DNA of 64,000 nucleotides from the human T2T-CHM13v2.0 reference genome, Homo sapiens (GCF_009914755.1 NC_060930.1); one strand, 5' to 3'. Positions 48,201 through 62,173 are shown, counted from the stretch's first letter. Translations and numbers: made by a program. The notes: generated from the sequence alone by a model not told the origin.

Positions 48201-48399
48201 GGGCAATGGGGGAGGCTGGGTTCCACTAACATGATAGGAAGCTAACCTGGGTAATGGGGCAAGGGAAGTGATGAGCACTACATGGCAGGTGTTGCTTTTG
48301 CCGGGACAGATGGAGCCCCCCCGGGGTAGGCCCTAGGGTTCTCGAGCTCAGGCAGATCTGTCTGGGATTTGCATGGGGTGTCTTCCACAATCTCATGAA

Positions 48400-48431
48400 A
48401 ACACACATCACACACACACACACACACACAC
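48400..48431. repeat. (CA)n microsatellite
   Basis: acacacatcacacacacacacacacacacac. Confidence 0.9.
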
Positions 48432-49187
48432 CCCTTCCAGAGATTTCAGAATGTGGCATTCCCCTGATAAGAACACTTCCATGTTTGATGAAAACCTGAT
48501 GCTAGTTCAGAAGACGCCACGGAAAACAGTGTACAATTAGAAGGCAGTGATGACACCGATGAGTTAGAGTTCTGATAAAGCTGACTCCAGGAAGACAGCC
48601 AAATAGGGAGAAACGCTCAAGCTTCATTTTTCATATATGTTCTGAAGAGTTCAGAAAGAAGCCCTGGTGCTCTCAATAACCTCAAGGAACCTTTTCCCCC
48701 TTTAAAGAGGAAAAGAAATTTTAAAAGAAACCTCCTTAGAACGTCCATCAAAGCCTTAGCCTGTGCTCGTTGCTCAGTCTAAAACACCCGCAGGCTTCCA
48801 AAACAGTGGTGGTCCCACCAGACATCTACCTGTTGAATTCTAAACAAGAAATCCTGAACGATCGATAGATGGATTGCCTTACTAGCTCCTTCCCTTCAGA
48901 TATTTTTCTTGTGGTCCTGGCTTCCCCAAGAGACAAGAAATTCTTAGTATACCTTCACCTCAATCACTCTACCCTGGATTCAATGAATCCATTTCTATCT
49001 GGTGCACCCTGTAATTTCCAGGTGGAGAATAAAGCCCCCCAAAATATTCAAACCTATATGGTTGTAATACAGCCAAAGGGACCTTCATGATCAACTTGAT
49101 CTTCCACTTGACCTGCCTGTGAATTAAGTCAGTCCTGATAGTCTCATTTTACTACCCGGCTGGGGCATGGAGAGAATAAGTAAGTCG

Positions 49188-49618
49188 TGTTACCAAAACA
49201 CCAGGGGTTTGGTCTAGGACCTGCTGCTCGCCGCACAGAAAGCCAGTCGCTGACATCATGAGTATTGCCAGGAAGAAGGCTTTAATCAGGTGCTGCCAAT
49301 GAAGAGATGGGAGCTCAGTCTCAAATCCGTCTCCCTGACCCTCTGAAACTGGGAGTTTATATAGCAGGAAGAAAGGTAACAATGTCTAAGAAAACAGAAG
49401 GAAACAATCACGATAAATGAGGAGTCTGGCATTTCACTGTCTGGATGGGAGAATCTGGTGAGTTTCAGTTATTTGATACTTTTTGAGAGGTCTAGGGATC
49501 CCTTCCCAAGGAAGGAACTCAGATAAAACAAATTTGGGTTTCAAGCTTTAAGACCAGAAAGTTCAATTTCTATGTTTATCCAAAAACACCTTTCTATGGG
49601 ACTCTTGGGTGGGTTTCA
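49188..49618 (-). mobile_element. ERV1 solo LTR (LOR1-like)
   Basis: Minus strand TGAAACCC...GGTAACA, with TATATAAA and ATTAAA signals; 4-bp TSD gtcg / gtag. Confidence 0.85.
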
Positions 49619-49934
49619 GTAGCACCAGACAATGCCGCAAATTGGCTGTAAGAGCTCAGCCTTAGCATAAGGGCTCCAGTTAGGATGGTCAGGAATCCCT
49701 GCCACTTAGAGAAATGAATTCTAGCTATCCCTGTGAAGGGGGCAGTCTGTGTATTACTTTGCCAACTATTAGACTCCCTTCAGTTCAAATACAAGGTGGA
49801 CACTTAAGCCAGCCCAGGCAAGCTGTCCTGGAAAAGGTGCACACTGAGGGGTTCACAGGCTTCTTAGCTCAGCAAGATCTTGTGTCTTACAAACATAGTT
49901 GGTACTTGTTACGTGAGGTAGTTCTGTTCTACCC

Positions 49935-50539
49935 GGAACACTGAATTAGTGAATACTGAACCATTGCTCCTAGGGAAAAGACAGGTTAGGTTGCTGTGAG
50001 CATTTAATTAGAACATTCTTACCAACTGAGCAATGTGTGACCTTTTATATGTGTGTTTCTGTTTAAAGACACCTTATTTAACATATATTGTTGATTTATG
50101 AACATCGAACACATGCCCAGCAGCACTATAACTCATGCCTAAAGGAAGGTTACCCAACACACGCGTCTTCTCTGTAGGGCATATCACAGCCTTCTGGCAC
50201 TTAGGGACACTAGACAGCTCTTCAGAACCACACATGGAGGCCACGTTAAACAGGAAAATGACCATAAAAAGCACGAAAATGTGAAAAATGCAGCACCAAA
50301 TAAATCATAGGAAAAACACGTGTTTACAGGATGAAAGCTGAAACAGGAAGGCAGAGTGAGGTCTTGTTGCACCTCGGCTGGGAACATGCCCACTGGGCAA
50401 CTGAAAATTGTCCCCACTCTGAGCATGTCTGTAAATGACTGTGAACACACCAAGAGTATTGATTCGGAGATTGCGAATACATATCAGCAAGTAGGCAAAT
50501 TTGCAAATACACAACCGGTGAATAATGAGAATGGACTCT
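49935..50539 (-). mobile_element. MER82-like TcMar-Tigger element with decayed transposase N-terminal HTH coding remnant
   Basis: ORF 50074-50274 (…LSSVPKCQKAVICPTEKTRVL…GMSYSAAGHVFDVHKSTI) resembles the Tigger/CENP-B N-terminus; end aataatgagaatggact. Confidence 0.8.
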
Positions 50540-50671
50540 AGGTTGTACTGTAACTCCTTTCTGGAACCCAGCTATTCTGTGGACAATCTAAACTAGATGT
50601 TTAAATACATTACTGCTTAAGAGAGCACATCTTCAGGGTCACTCAAGCCACTTTCATTTTGGGAGATGTTA

Positions 50672-50812
50672 GTATATGTATCTATATGAGCTGTATATGA
50701 TATATATAGATATATATTATATATGATACATATAGATATGATACATATGACATATAGCATATACATGATATATGCTATATATGCTATATATATCAAAAAT
50801 ATATACATATAC
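50672..50812. repeat. TA-rich low-complexity/microsatellite tract
   Basis: tatatgtatctatatg...atatacatatac. Confidence 0.9.
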
Positions 50813-50813
50813 A

Positions 50814-51023
50814 GTTTGTTTTTTGTTTGTTTGTTTTTGAGACAGGGTCTTGCTCTGCTGCCCAGGCTGGAGTGCAATGACGCGATCACAGTTCACTGCA
50901 GCCTCGACCTCCCCAGGCTCAAATGATCCTCCCACCTCAGCCTCCTGGGTAGCTGGGACTACAGGTGTGTGCCACCACACCCAGGTATTGTTTGTATTTT
51001 TTGTAGAGATAGGGTCTCACCAT
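50814..51023 (-). mobile_element. 5'-truncated AluJ
   Basis: Right arm plus end of left arm; TSD gatgttagtatat at 50665-50677 and 51025-51037. Confidence 0.9.
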
Positions 51024-51669
51024 GGATGTTAGTATATTTTTAAAAACAAAAATTAAAAAGAAGAAATGTCCAACAGGCTTATTTAAAATGCAGTATGTTT
51101 TAAGTGCTTACATTTGACACATTAATGCTTTTAACTCACAACTTGAATATAGTGCAACGTACTGGGTACTAATCACAAGATAATTAAAAGATTTTTAAAA
51201 TATTAATTCATAGATCATTACAGGCAGTGTGGTCTGACGGAGGAACACGAGTTTTGCATGATGACAGCTGTCTTTTACTCCATCTGCTTGTTTTCCTGTC
51301 TATAATCCCATGTGAAGAGAATCCCAGCGTCTACATCTGAGGCCCTTTGTGAACACGTGGCTGTGGTCATCTGATCCTCCCTGTCCTCCCTGCGACAGAC
51401 TCATAAAGGAAGGATGATCAAGGTCTCCTCCAGTAGTTGAACTCCCTTCTCAAGTTCATGATGCAGCTAAAGGAACCCATTGTTTTATCTGCTGGGTGAA
51501 TGGAAACAGAGGCCTTCAGAAGGAAAGAGCCCAGGGCGCAGGAAAGGAGCAGGTTCCACAAAAGCCTGGTTTGAGACTGTCCTTTCCCAGGCTGCGCGAT
51601 CCACCGCAGGTTACTGTCTGTCTCTAGGCCTGTTTCCTCCACTGTAGTTTGAAGATGCTTTAGACCAGG

Positions 51670-52227
<558 letters not shown>

Positions 52228-52237
52228 CAGTGCAGAC

Positions 52238-52400
52238 CAGCGCCGTCCAGCAGCCCCTTCCGTAACGATGGAAATGCTTCTGTCTGCACCGTGACCACTG
52301 CACAGTTGAAATGTAGTTAGTGTGACTGAAGAACTGAATTTTTCATGTTATTTCATTTCAATTAATTTAAATTGAAATAGGCACATGTGGCTAGTGTCTA
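52238..52400. mobile_element. MER3 hAT-Charlie element
   Basis: gatggaaatg...tagtgtgactgaagaactgaattttt...cacatgtggctagtg. Confidence 0.7.
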
Positions 52401-52679
52401 ATCACAGCTTTAAACCTTCTGTCCACTTCCTCTAGCCCTCATAGATTATGTTTCTACAGTTTACTGCCTTCAAGAGCTTCTGTCTTACGAACTTGGCAAA
52501 CATAGACAAGTTTTGAAGATTTTGTTTTCGTTGATTCCTTTGGTCTGCATTTATTTTCTTCTTTTCTAGTTTTCTACAATATTCCCAGCCTGCCTGTTTC
52601 ATTGTAATGCTAAATTCCTAACTGTGCAGAGACAGATGCCCCAAGGAGCCACAACAAACTGAAACTGGTACTACAGGGT

Positions 52680-52973
52680 TTTTAATTTTTTTTTTCTTTT
52701 AGAGACAGGATCTCGTTCTGTTACCCAGGCTGGAGTGCAGTGGCCTGATCACGGCTCAGTGTAGCCTCTACCTTCTAGGCTCAAGCAATCCTCCCACTTC
52801 AGCCTCCTGAGTAGCTGGGACTACAGGCATGCACTACTATGCCCAGCTAACTTTTTTATTTTTTATAGAGACGGGGTCGCACTACATTGCCCAGGCTGGT
52901 CTTGAACTTTAGGCATCTAGCAGTCCTCCCATCTTGACCTCTCAAAGGGCCAGGCATGAGCCACCATGTCCAG
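52680..52973 (-). mobile_element. AluJ
   Basis: Antisense J-type dimer, diverged. Confidence 0.88.
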
Positions 52974-53515
52974 GAGGATATTTTAAATTTGAAGAAAACA
53001 CACAACACTCAACATTATCAGACTGTGCATGAACTACCAGTTCGATCTACTTCTAGCTCAGATCTATCCAACCATTCGCATAGTACTACTAGCCCACAGC
53101 TTCATCACTAGCTAGTGCTTCATTCCTTTCAATGACATCATACCTTTGCGATGTCGACTTTTCAACAGTTGCAGTGATAAAAAGCCAGAAAAGTGCCTGA
53201 AAACCAACATAGAACATTGAACAGTGTCCAATCTGAGGCCTAAATTCCTTAAAGTATGACTTTTATCCCTTTCTTTCTTGCTCCCTCAAAAACTGTAACT
53301 CTCTATTTTTCTAATCTACGGAGTTCAACAACTTGCTTTACAAAACTTCCAATACCAGTTAGTCCAGACAAGAACTAAGCAACGTTTCCCTGCCAAAATC
53401 TGGCTAAGGTAAGATTATGTAAAAACCTTACGGAAGTACTTGTCAAATGTAAACAGGGCTTCCCTAACTCACCATCAGGAGTATCTTTGTTTATTTTTAG
53501 TATCTTCAGAGGAAG

Positions 53516-53821
<306 letters not shown>

Positions 53822-55129
53822 AATTTATTTCTGCTTTTCGAAAAAATGGGAAGAAGCATGGTTTTGATATTTGATCAAAGGTCTCCCCACTAGGCAATAA
53901 GAGTCCATTATATATGATCATCCCTCCCAGCCAACCAGCAGCCCTTTCTCCCCATACGTGCAGTCACAGGAAGTTTAAGGAGTGACCTGTGATCTTTATG
54001 ATGTTCCTTTCAACTCCCAGGGTGCTCTGGTGTCTGGCTGCTCCCTGCATAGAAAACCATTAACATTTTTTCCATTTTGATCATGGAGAAAAGCTGGGAA
54101 GCACAGCAAGTGCCCACAGGAATAAAATATACAGTCTGTGCCTTGCTTTTTCCTCTGTGTCACCTAGAACCGGAGATCCAGGCTGGAAGCTGCGCAAGGG
54201 GCCACCCCGTCCATTCCTCTGCCGATGATCAAAGCAGCTCAAGGGCTTTGTCCAGCTTCATGGGGAAATCTCTACAATAGGGCTGCCATCGCCTCCGACC
54301 CCCATCTCAAAGAGTGGGCCACAGACAAACACACTCCACCACTGGGTCAGTTTCCCGGAGGTTCTGGCTTTCAACCTATCATTTTCCTTGGCTGAGATTT
54401 AGCCCATTTTCTTTTTTCTTTTCTTTTCTTTTTTTTTTTTTTAGTTAGCCTCTTCTGTATCATCCTGGGGGGAAATCTCTCTTCTCCACTAAAAACAAAA
54501 GAAGGCCATAGGATCCATTTTTCTAAAAGCAAAAACTCCAGTCCTGTTAAAATGTCTTTGAATTCTGGCAACACCCAATGATGGGCTGATGTTGGTAGAG
54601 GAGGTATAAATATTTCTCTTATATCAAAACAAAGTGTTTATATTAAAAAAAAAAAAGACAACTAGATGACTTTCTTATCCTGAGATGTAATGATTCTGTG
54701 GACATCTCTGAGGGATTTCTCAGGCTCTCTTTGCTATGTGACTGTTGTCGAATTTTCTAATCTTGTTGCACTTTCCCTACCTGCATCTGGCTCAATTCAG
54801 AGAACCCACTATGGGTCCAGCAATATTCTAGGTGCTAGAGATATGAAGACAAGCAAGCCCCAGTCCTTGTCCTCAAGTAACTCAAAGAAGAGGTAAGAAA
54901 CAGATGCGTAAAAGATAACTCTAAGTGTTGCCCAAAAATGTAGCCAAAGAGTCAGGGAACTCTAAAGAGAGAATCCTGAAGGTTAATCACAGCTATTCAG
55001 GAGCATCAGGTACAGTGGAAGAGCTTATCCGGCAGAGGAAAGCACGAGCACAGGGTGGACACATGTGATGCATTCCAGAATGAGCAAAGGGTAGGGTTTC
55101 TCAGGGTCTTAGCTTGTCTCTCAGTTCCA

Positions 55130-55527
55130 GGCTTCCCCTCCAATCCATTCTGTACTTTAAGCCACAGCAATGTTTCTCAACTCAGTTCTCCTAAAACCCT
55201 TTGGTAGCTGCTTTCAGCATGCTTTAGAAAGCTCCACAGTCTGGCTACCTCTTCCCTCTCCAGCCTCATTTAACCACCCATCCAGTCCTTTGTAGCCACC
55301 CTCTGTTCCCACCACCAAGCCTAGCCAACTTCACGTGGTTCTCCAGGACTTAACTTGAGGTGACCTCCAGTGAGAAGTCTTTCCCAACTCCCAAGGCTGG
55401 GTTACGTATTTCTCCTAAGTGTCCCCTAAGTATCATCAGACTACATTGTAATAGCCTATTTATTTGTCTGTTGTCCCCACAGGAATGTCAGTGACATAAG
55501 AGTAGGAACTCAATGAATATTTGTGAA
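55130..55527 (+). mobile_element. L2 3' fragment
   Basis: Pyrimidine-rich L2 body ending taggaactcaatgaatatttgtgaa. Confidence 0.55.
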
Positions 55528-55705
55528 AGAGGGAGAGAAAGGAAGGAAGGAAGGGAGGGAGGGAGAGAGGGAGGGAGGGAAGGAAGGAAGGAAGGAAGGA
55601 AGAAGGAGAGAAGGAAGGAAGGAAGAAGAGAAAGAAGGAAGAGAGGGAGGGAGGGAGGGAGGGCTGGAGGGAGGGAGGGAAAGGGAAGGAACCGGGGAAA
55701 GGAAT
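55526..55705 (+). repeat. (GGAA)n/(GGGA)n purine tract
   Basis: About 180 bp, almost pure A/G. Confidence 0.92.
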
Positions 55706-55904
55706 AGAATCCTGAGAGAATCTTAAATGTGAGAAATGAACTGAGAAAGAACTAGTAAAAGATCTGGGAAACAGTAATGAAAAACAGAGGAGCAAAGGAG
55801 TGGTATCATTTGAGCAAAGAAGAAAATAATTTTTAGTAGGAGGCTCTTCTCATTATAAGAGAAACACTCTAGAGAAATCAGGTACCAGTGATAAAAACTG
55901 AGTT

Positions 55905-56340
55905 TCTTTGCCCTTTTTTTGTACCATAGACCTCTTTAGTAGTCTAGTGAAGCCTATGGACCCCTTCTCAAAAGAATATTATTAAATATATAAAAGACAA
56001 TACATACAGTAATAAATAAAACTACTTACAGTTACTGAAATATTAAAAGATCATACTATAGTCATATATGAGTTGCATTATTAATGCCTTAGGTAACAAG
56101 ATCGATCAGGAGGTCCACAAAACAATGTAATTTCTCAGTAGTGATGAAGGAAAACAGGGCTTTAAGATACCTGCAATACAACTGTAATGTGATATGGAAA
56201 TATCTGTAGATATTATTGACACTACCATGGTTTGTTGCCTACATTCATAATTGAAGGAAATAGTAAATTTCAGTCAGAGGTTAGTGAAAATAAAGTATTT
56301 TCCCCATCCAAATTCCGAGCCCCCAGGTTAGGGGCCCCTC
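55905..56340. mobile_element. Charlie4a-like hAT element
   Basis: tagtctagtgaagcctatggaccccttctca...ttgcctacattcataattgaaggaaa...ccaggttaggggcccct. Confidence 0.75.
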
Positions 56341-58677
56341 ACCAAGTAACCAAATTGGTAATGAGGTCCTCACTGAGTTTTGCCAAAGCAGTTGCAGGCA
56401 AGTGGCAGAGGCAAAAACCAGAGCGAAATGATGAGAGAAAGGGAGGAGGGGAAAAGGAGGCCATGATTACAGGCTCCTCTTTCGAAGCGTTTTTGTGGCC
56501 AAATAAATGAAAAGGCTTGGAGTAGCTTGAAGGAGAAGAAATACCTAGGGGACATAGAAATAGAACATGCCATCTTCTTGTGACCCAAAAAGTAACGTCA
56601 GGAACGAGGCTAAATCACTGTTGGAAGTAGTTCCTGCCTCGTGCACAGAGGGCAATAGATCAGGCCGGGGAGTTACCAACACTGGTTTTAGCAACGCAGG
56701 GAGATGGCAAAGATCTGCACAGCCTTGGAGTCAGAATTGCGGGAAAGAAGAGACAATGCCACAGGATTCTTTTTCTCTGAAAAATAACTCTCATTGTTTA
56801 GAATAGGACAGGTAATGGCACCAGTCTGAGATCTCCACTCTTCATGCAGTGCTGACTGTAGAAAGGACCATAAAAAGAATTCTTCTAGTTGGTGGGGAAG
56901 ACGGAATGGGGAAACCTGCTCCAGACATAGCCTTTCTTGTATAGATGAGAGATGGACAAAGGGCAACAAAAGTTATTTAGCCTAGTATTGTTCTGGATCA
57001 AGATTGAGTACAATCAACAGCTAGCTTTTGATATCTGAAGCAAGAGAACCTGAAAAAAAATAAGGAGTGTGCATATAAGAGATATAAGAGAGAGATTTTA
57101 AAAAATGAGTAGCAAGACAGACCTAACTCATTAAACACAGAACCAAACCGAAATAAAAATAGAAAAAGTTACGGCTTCTTAATAACCATTGTTTTCTAGC
57201 CAAGGACATTTAAAAAAGGCTTCTAACATCTGACAGGCTGTGCAGCAGGAGCCTTCTGAGGGTTTGGGGGAAAGTGGACAGAAGGAAAGCTGTGTAGATA
57301 TGCAAATACCCTATTCAAATCCAGGCTTCGTTTTCCTGCAACTGAGGGTAATTAAGTGGTTAGAGAACCGCCTGTGAACCTCCTCTTCTCCTCAGAAACA
57401 ATCGAGGATTTGTTGGCTAGTTGACTTCATCCGGCCTAAACCAGACCAAGATAAATCCAATTAAACATCCACCGACACAAAAACCAGAGCTTGTGCGATA
57501 CTGGGAGCGACTCACAGAGAGTCTGGGGGTGGGGGGAGCTGGAATTCTTGTGCAATGCTTTATACTCTGAGACGGGAACTCATAAGAGGTCTTTGGGCTC
57601 TGGCAGAACCTAAAGGAACAATTACGCCATAATTGAACATTGATAATTGAACATTGTTTATGATGTTCAATGTTCACTGATAATTGAGCATTGCTTATTG
57701 CTTTTCTGTGCAAGGAGTTCACAGCCCTTTACAGAAGGGACCTCCACCAGCCTCACCACACCTCTGTGCTCTCCACCAGCCAGACTGCGCTATCAGCCCA
57801 CATTCCAACTCCAGAGCCAGTGAGTAAGGGGATTTGTTCAAGGTCACCCAGCAGATGGAGGCCGAGCCTTGGGTAACACTAACTCCTAACCTTCCATCTT
57901 ATCGTTCATGGCACTGTTCATCTCAACCTGTGGGTTCCAGGGAAATCTCATAAAAGCAGTATTTTATGAGTATTCAAGGTCATCCCTTGTGGGACCCACC
58001 TGGAATTCTCAAGAGGATCTCACACAGGGGTTAAGAAAGAAAGATCGTATTTTTCCAAACCTAACAGCTTGTGTTTCTAACACCCCACCTTCTAGCTGCA
58101 CAGAATAAACCAAGGCTGGATTCCTGGAGACAATGTGGACTGAATGCCACGTATAAGCCAGAGAGTTCTGTGCTCTGAAGGAAGATGACACTCAGCTTTC
58201 GGGTAACCCCAGATCTCAGGAATCAAGTCTCCAGTGAAGCACAGGTACCCTTTGCTCCCAAGAGCTCCTGGCTGCAGTTTGAGGCTTGCTTTGGAGATTA
58301 ATGGTCTCCTCACTCGGCACTCTCCGCCTCATTTAGTAATCAGTGTATCCTGTGAAAACACAAACAAGTGAAGCTCCTGCTCTTAAGAGGTCAACCCAGG
58401 GAAGGGGAGATGAGGTCAGACTGCTCTCAGGCAGGGAAGTCAGGAGGACTTTTGCTCAGTCTTGGCACAGACGCTTCACATCCAGAACAGAACAGAGGGC
58501 CTCCATCAGGCAGCCGTGAACTCTGACCCACCTGCCCTCAGCAAATGTGCCCGGTGTGACAAAGTAACTATGTCATAAGGTTTGAGAAACAAATGTGTTC
58601 TGTTTATGCCTCTCCTGGTAAGAGGACAGATGGAGTGGGAGGAAAGGGGCAGGAGGTGAGCACAGGTGTCTCCAGGT

Positions 58678-58689
58678 ATACTTACCTGG
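58678..58689 (-). other. Perfect consensus 5' splice site (exon would end at 58686)
   Basis: Minus strand CCAG|GTAAGTAT, fully complementary to the U1 snRNA 5' end. Confidence 0.45.
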
Positions 58690-59090
58690 AGGTTCCACCC
58701 TCTGCAGTTTTCTCCCCTCCGTCTCATTTATTTTATCTCAAAGTCAGCCGGAAGCCAGAGCGTCTGGAGGATTTCACTTGGCTGCCATGAGACTGCCCGC
58801 GTACCCCCTCGCAGTTGCCCAGGACGTACAAGCACTGATAGTCACATGGCCTTTAAAAGGCACCTCCTGCATCTAGGGGCTTGCTTTTGCCTGGAGCCAA
58901 AGCCACTTTGATGATATAAAAACGCCCAGGAGGTCCTGTGGGTCAAGGTCTCAAATGGGATGGAAGAAAGAACAAGAAGAGATGCTGCAGTCCAAACGAG
59001 CAGACCATGAGGTGCACCGCGACCATCAGCCGCGGGGCTGCAGCAAGCTATTTATGGCCACCCCCCATCCCCACGTAGTCGCTTTAGTAC

Positions 59091-59612
59091 CAGTCACGCT
59101 GCATAGGGGCCTTTCAGTCAATGAGGGACTGCATAAATGAAAGTGGTCCCATAGGATTCTAATATCATATTTTCACCTTTTCTATATTTAGATAAACAAG
59201 TACTTGCCACTGTGTTCCAGATGCCTACAGCATTCAGTATAGTAACCTGCTGTAAGGTTTGTAGCCTAGAGTGATAGGTACCATCTAGCCTGGGTATAGT
59301 AGGCTATGCCATCTAGGTTTGTGTAAGTTCACTCTGTGATGTTCTCACAATGCAGGAGGAAAGGGGCAGGAGGTGAGCACAGGTGTCTACAGGTGTACTT
59401 ACCTGGCAATTCCACCTTCTATTGTCTGTAGCCTAGAAGCAATAGTCTATACCATCTAGCCTAGGTATAGTAGGTTATATCATCTACCTCGGTATAGTGG
59501 GCTATACTGTCTAGGTCTATGTAAGTAGACTCTATGATGTTTGCACATTGACAAGATCACCAAACAACACAATTCTCTGAATGCATCCCTGTTGTTAAGC
59601 AACGCACAACCG
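59091..59612 (+). mobile_element. Tigger3a (MER7A), with internal duplication and a 66-bp foreign insert
   Basis: cagtcacgctgcata...gtggtcccatagg...gttaagcaacgcacaaccg. Confidence 0.85.
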
Positions 59613-61424
59613 TACTTAACATGTGCCATATAATCAAAGCGGCCAAAGAGAACCAACCCTATTTTCACCATCTGCTGTTGTGAAATAAAACGGTCACCTG
59701 GAAACGTTTACAATATGATGACTAAATATGCATTCTGGGACCCTTTCTACAAAGAAATGGGACGGGAACCTCCCACTCGGCCCTTGCCCTCCCAGAGGCA
59801 CATTGCCCAGGGATTCCTTTGTCTCCTTGGGGCCTTGCCAAGTCTGATGTGCCAGTCACCAATCTAGGCCAAGTTCACACTTATCTCTCCACTCCTACTG
59901 AGGTGAAAGGGCCCTGGTGAAGAAACAGTCAGGCACACAGCTCTGCTCCCAATCCAAGACACGTGTTCAGCAGAAAGCTCTCTGCTGTACTCTGGTCGCT
60001 TGACCCCTGCCCACCACCAGCACCCTGCCCTGGGAGCTCCAGTGCTTTCTCCAAACCTGACACTTGCCTCCAGCTCCAGTCTGAGCTTCTCCCTCTGCTG
60101 ACCATGCCCATCTTGTCATGGTTCCTCCCCAGAAGCACAGAAGACTTTCTCATCTCTCAGGACAGCCAGCCCTCCTCTTAGGCATTAGATCCCAAGGGAC
60201 TTCCCTTCCATGACCATTCCTTCTCTGCATCTGTATCCCAGCCCTTGCTAGAGCCGTGGCCCTTCTGTTCTCTTCATTTCAGGCATGGGCATGGGGGGAA
60301 GGCCCTCTGAGCTGCTTCCCTCCTTCCTTCTCAGACAACCTTTGGCTCAAGTCATCTCTACCCATCCCTTTCCTCACACTCTTGCCTTCCTTACCCTCAG
60401 GCAATCCGGCCCACACCTCCTCGCATTCCTGGAGCTGCAAGCTCTCAATTGTCAGCAGTAATCTTTGGCCCCATCCAGTAATAATCTTTTCTCACTTTTC
60501 ATTTCACAATTTGGTAACACCCATCAGCACCTCCACCCCTCGAATGTCACCAATTTTATTTCTATGGCATTGCCCTCATGGGTTTATTCCTACCTGGGTA
60601 TTTCCCTTCTGCCTCCTTTACTGCTCCTCTTCTAAAAGCAGGAGCAGAATGATCCATCTCCAAGGCTCATATTAATCCTCAGCTTTGTATTTTTCTCTTC
60701 ATTCTCCTGCTCTGAGATATCCCATTGATCCTCACTGCTGATAGAACAAAGTTCATTATCCCGGCCTTTAAGGCCATTATCATTGCACATGACCCTGCCA
60801 GCCAGCTCTACCTCCCACTTTTCCCTTCTACTCCAGCCAGGCTGCTTGTCTCCAGCCTGGACCACAGATGTGAATGTTTTTGTCAACTCCAAGGCTCTAC
60901 CTGGGCCACGTCCCTTCTACTTCCCTCCTCTCTACTCAAATCCTACTCCCGTTCCAAAGTCTAGCTAAACTCTCATCTTTTCCCCACTTGAATTATTAAT
61001 GCACAGAAAACAGAGAAGGTGTCTCATACTCTTGCATATCCCATCAGTTTATGGTATACATATGGAAGCCAAACGTATAAAAACTCGTTCAGCCAAACAT
61101 ACACAAACTCATTTAGTACATATCTACTTAATCTATGCATCCTTTTGTCTTGACCATCACAGCAACAAGCACAATGTGATACAATTCTGTTCAATTATTG
61201 CTTACTTTGCAAACATTGGTAATTATAGTGTCTATTGTCATACATTATGGTTTTTATCTCATCGATTTAGGTGTACGAATTTCATACTAAATAGACCCAT
61301 TTGTTTCCTGCTACTTGTTGGCAGGGATTGGGGTAAAGTGTCACAGCTCGTAGCAGTGTTTCACACTTGGCCTGAAGCAAACGACTTACGCTGTGGTTTA
61401 TCTGAGATGACATTAGGCGGGCTT

Positions 61425-61428
<4 letters not shown>

Positions 61429-61457
<29 letters not shown>

Positions 61458-61739
61458 GAGATGGAGTTTTGCTCTTATCGCCCAGGCTAGAGTGCAATGG
61501 CGTGATCTCGGCTAACTGCAACCTCGGCCTCCTGGGTTCAAGCAGTTCTCCAGCCTCAGCCTCCTGAGTAGCTGGGATTACAGGTGCCCGCCACCACACC
61601 CGGCTAATTTTCATAATTTTAGTAGAGATGGGGTTTTGCCATGTTGGCCAGGCTGGTCTGGAACTCCTGACCTCAAGTGATCTGCCCACCTCGGCCTCCC
61701 AGAGGACTGAGATTACAGGCATGAGCCACCACACCCGGG
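61429..61739 (-). mobile_element. AluS (Sq-like)
   Basis: Poly-T, gagttttgctcttatcgcccagg... Confidence 0.93.
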
Positions 61740-62173
61740 GTTATCTAGAGCTTTCCATTATGCATAGCTAAGCCTACTCTTACCTGTCACACCTATCCAA
61801 GAGTCAAAACTTATCATTCAGTTCATAACTTCTAGAAACTTCAAACCAAAATCCTGCCAATATCTGTGTATGCTGCTCTGCTCCAAAAGACCATGTATGT
61901 GCCAATTCCCGTCTTTGTAAATGAAATGAATCCACGGCTCTTTTTAACAGAACAGGTTAAAATTGTACTTTTGTCATTCCCCATCTCTATTCTTCTTTTG
62001 TGAGTTTCTCCATTCAGATGAACAGGAGGCTGAGCAGTGCCATGGAACCTGCAGGCAACGTGGAGTAAGAGAAGCCCAAGTTGACACTCATCTCTGCCCT
62101 TTGTCAGCCATGTGACCCTGAGTAAATGACATCTTGTGTTCAAAACGTGGGGTAATTTCCATTTTAATCATCA

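Noticed and set aside
50074-50274. Transposase-like HTH peptide as a domesticated gene
   Set aside because: Short decayed remnant within a non-autonomous MER82-like element, with no catalytic domain.
58678-58689. ATACTTACCTGG, identical to the U1 snRNA 5' end (also TACTTACCTGGCA at 59396)
   Set aside because: The downstream sequence does not continue as U1, so it is not a U1 gene or pseudogene. It is better read as a minus-strand donor.
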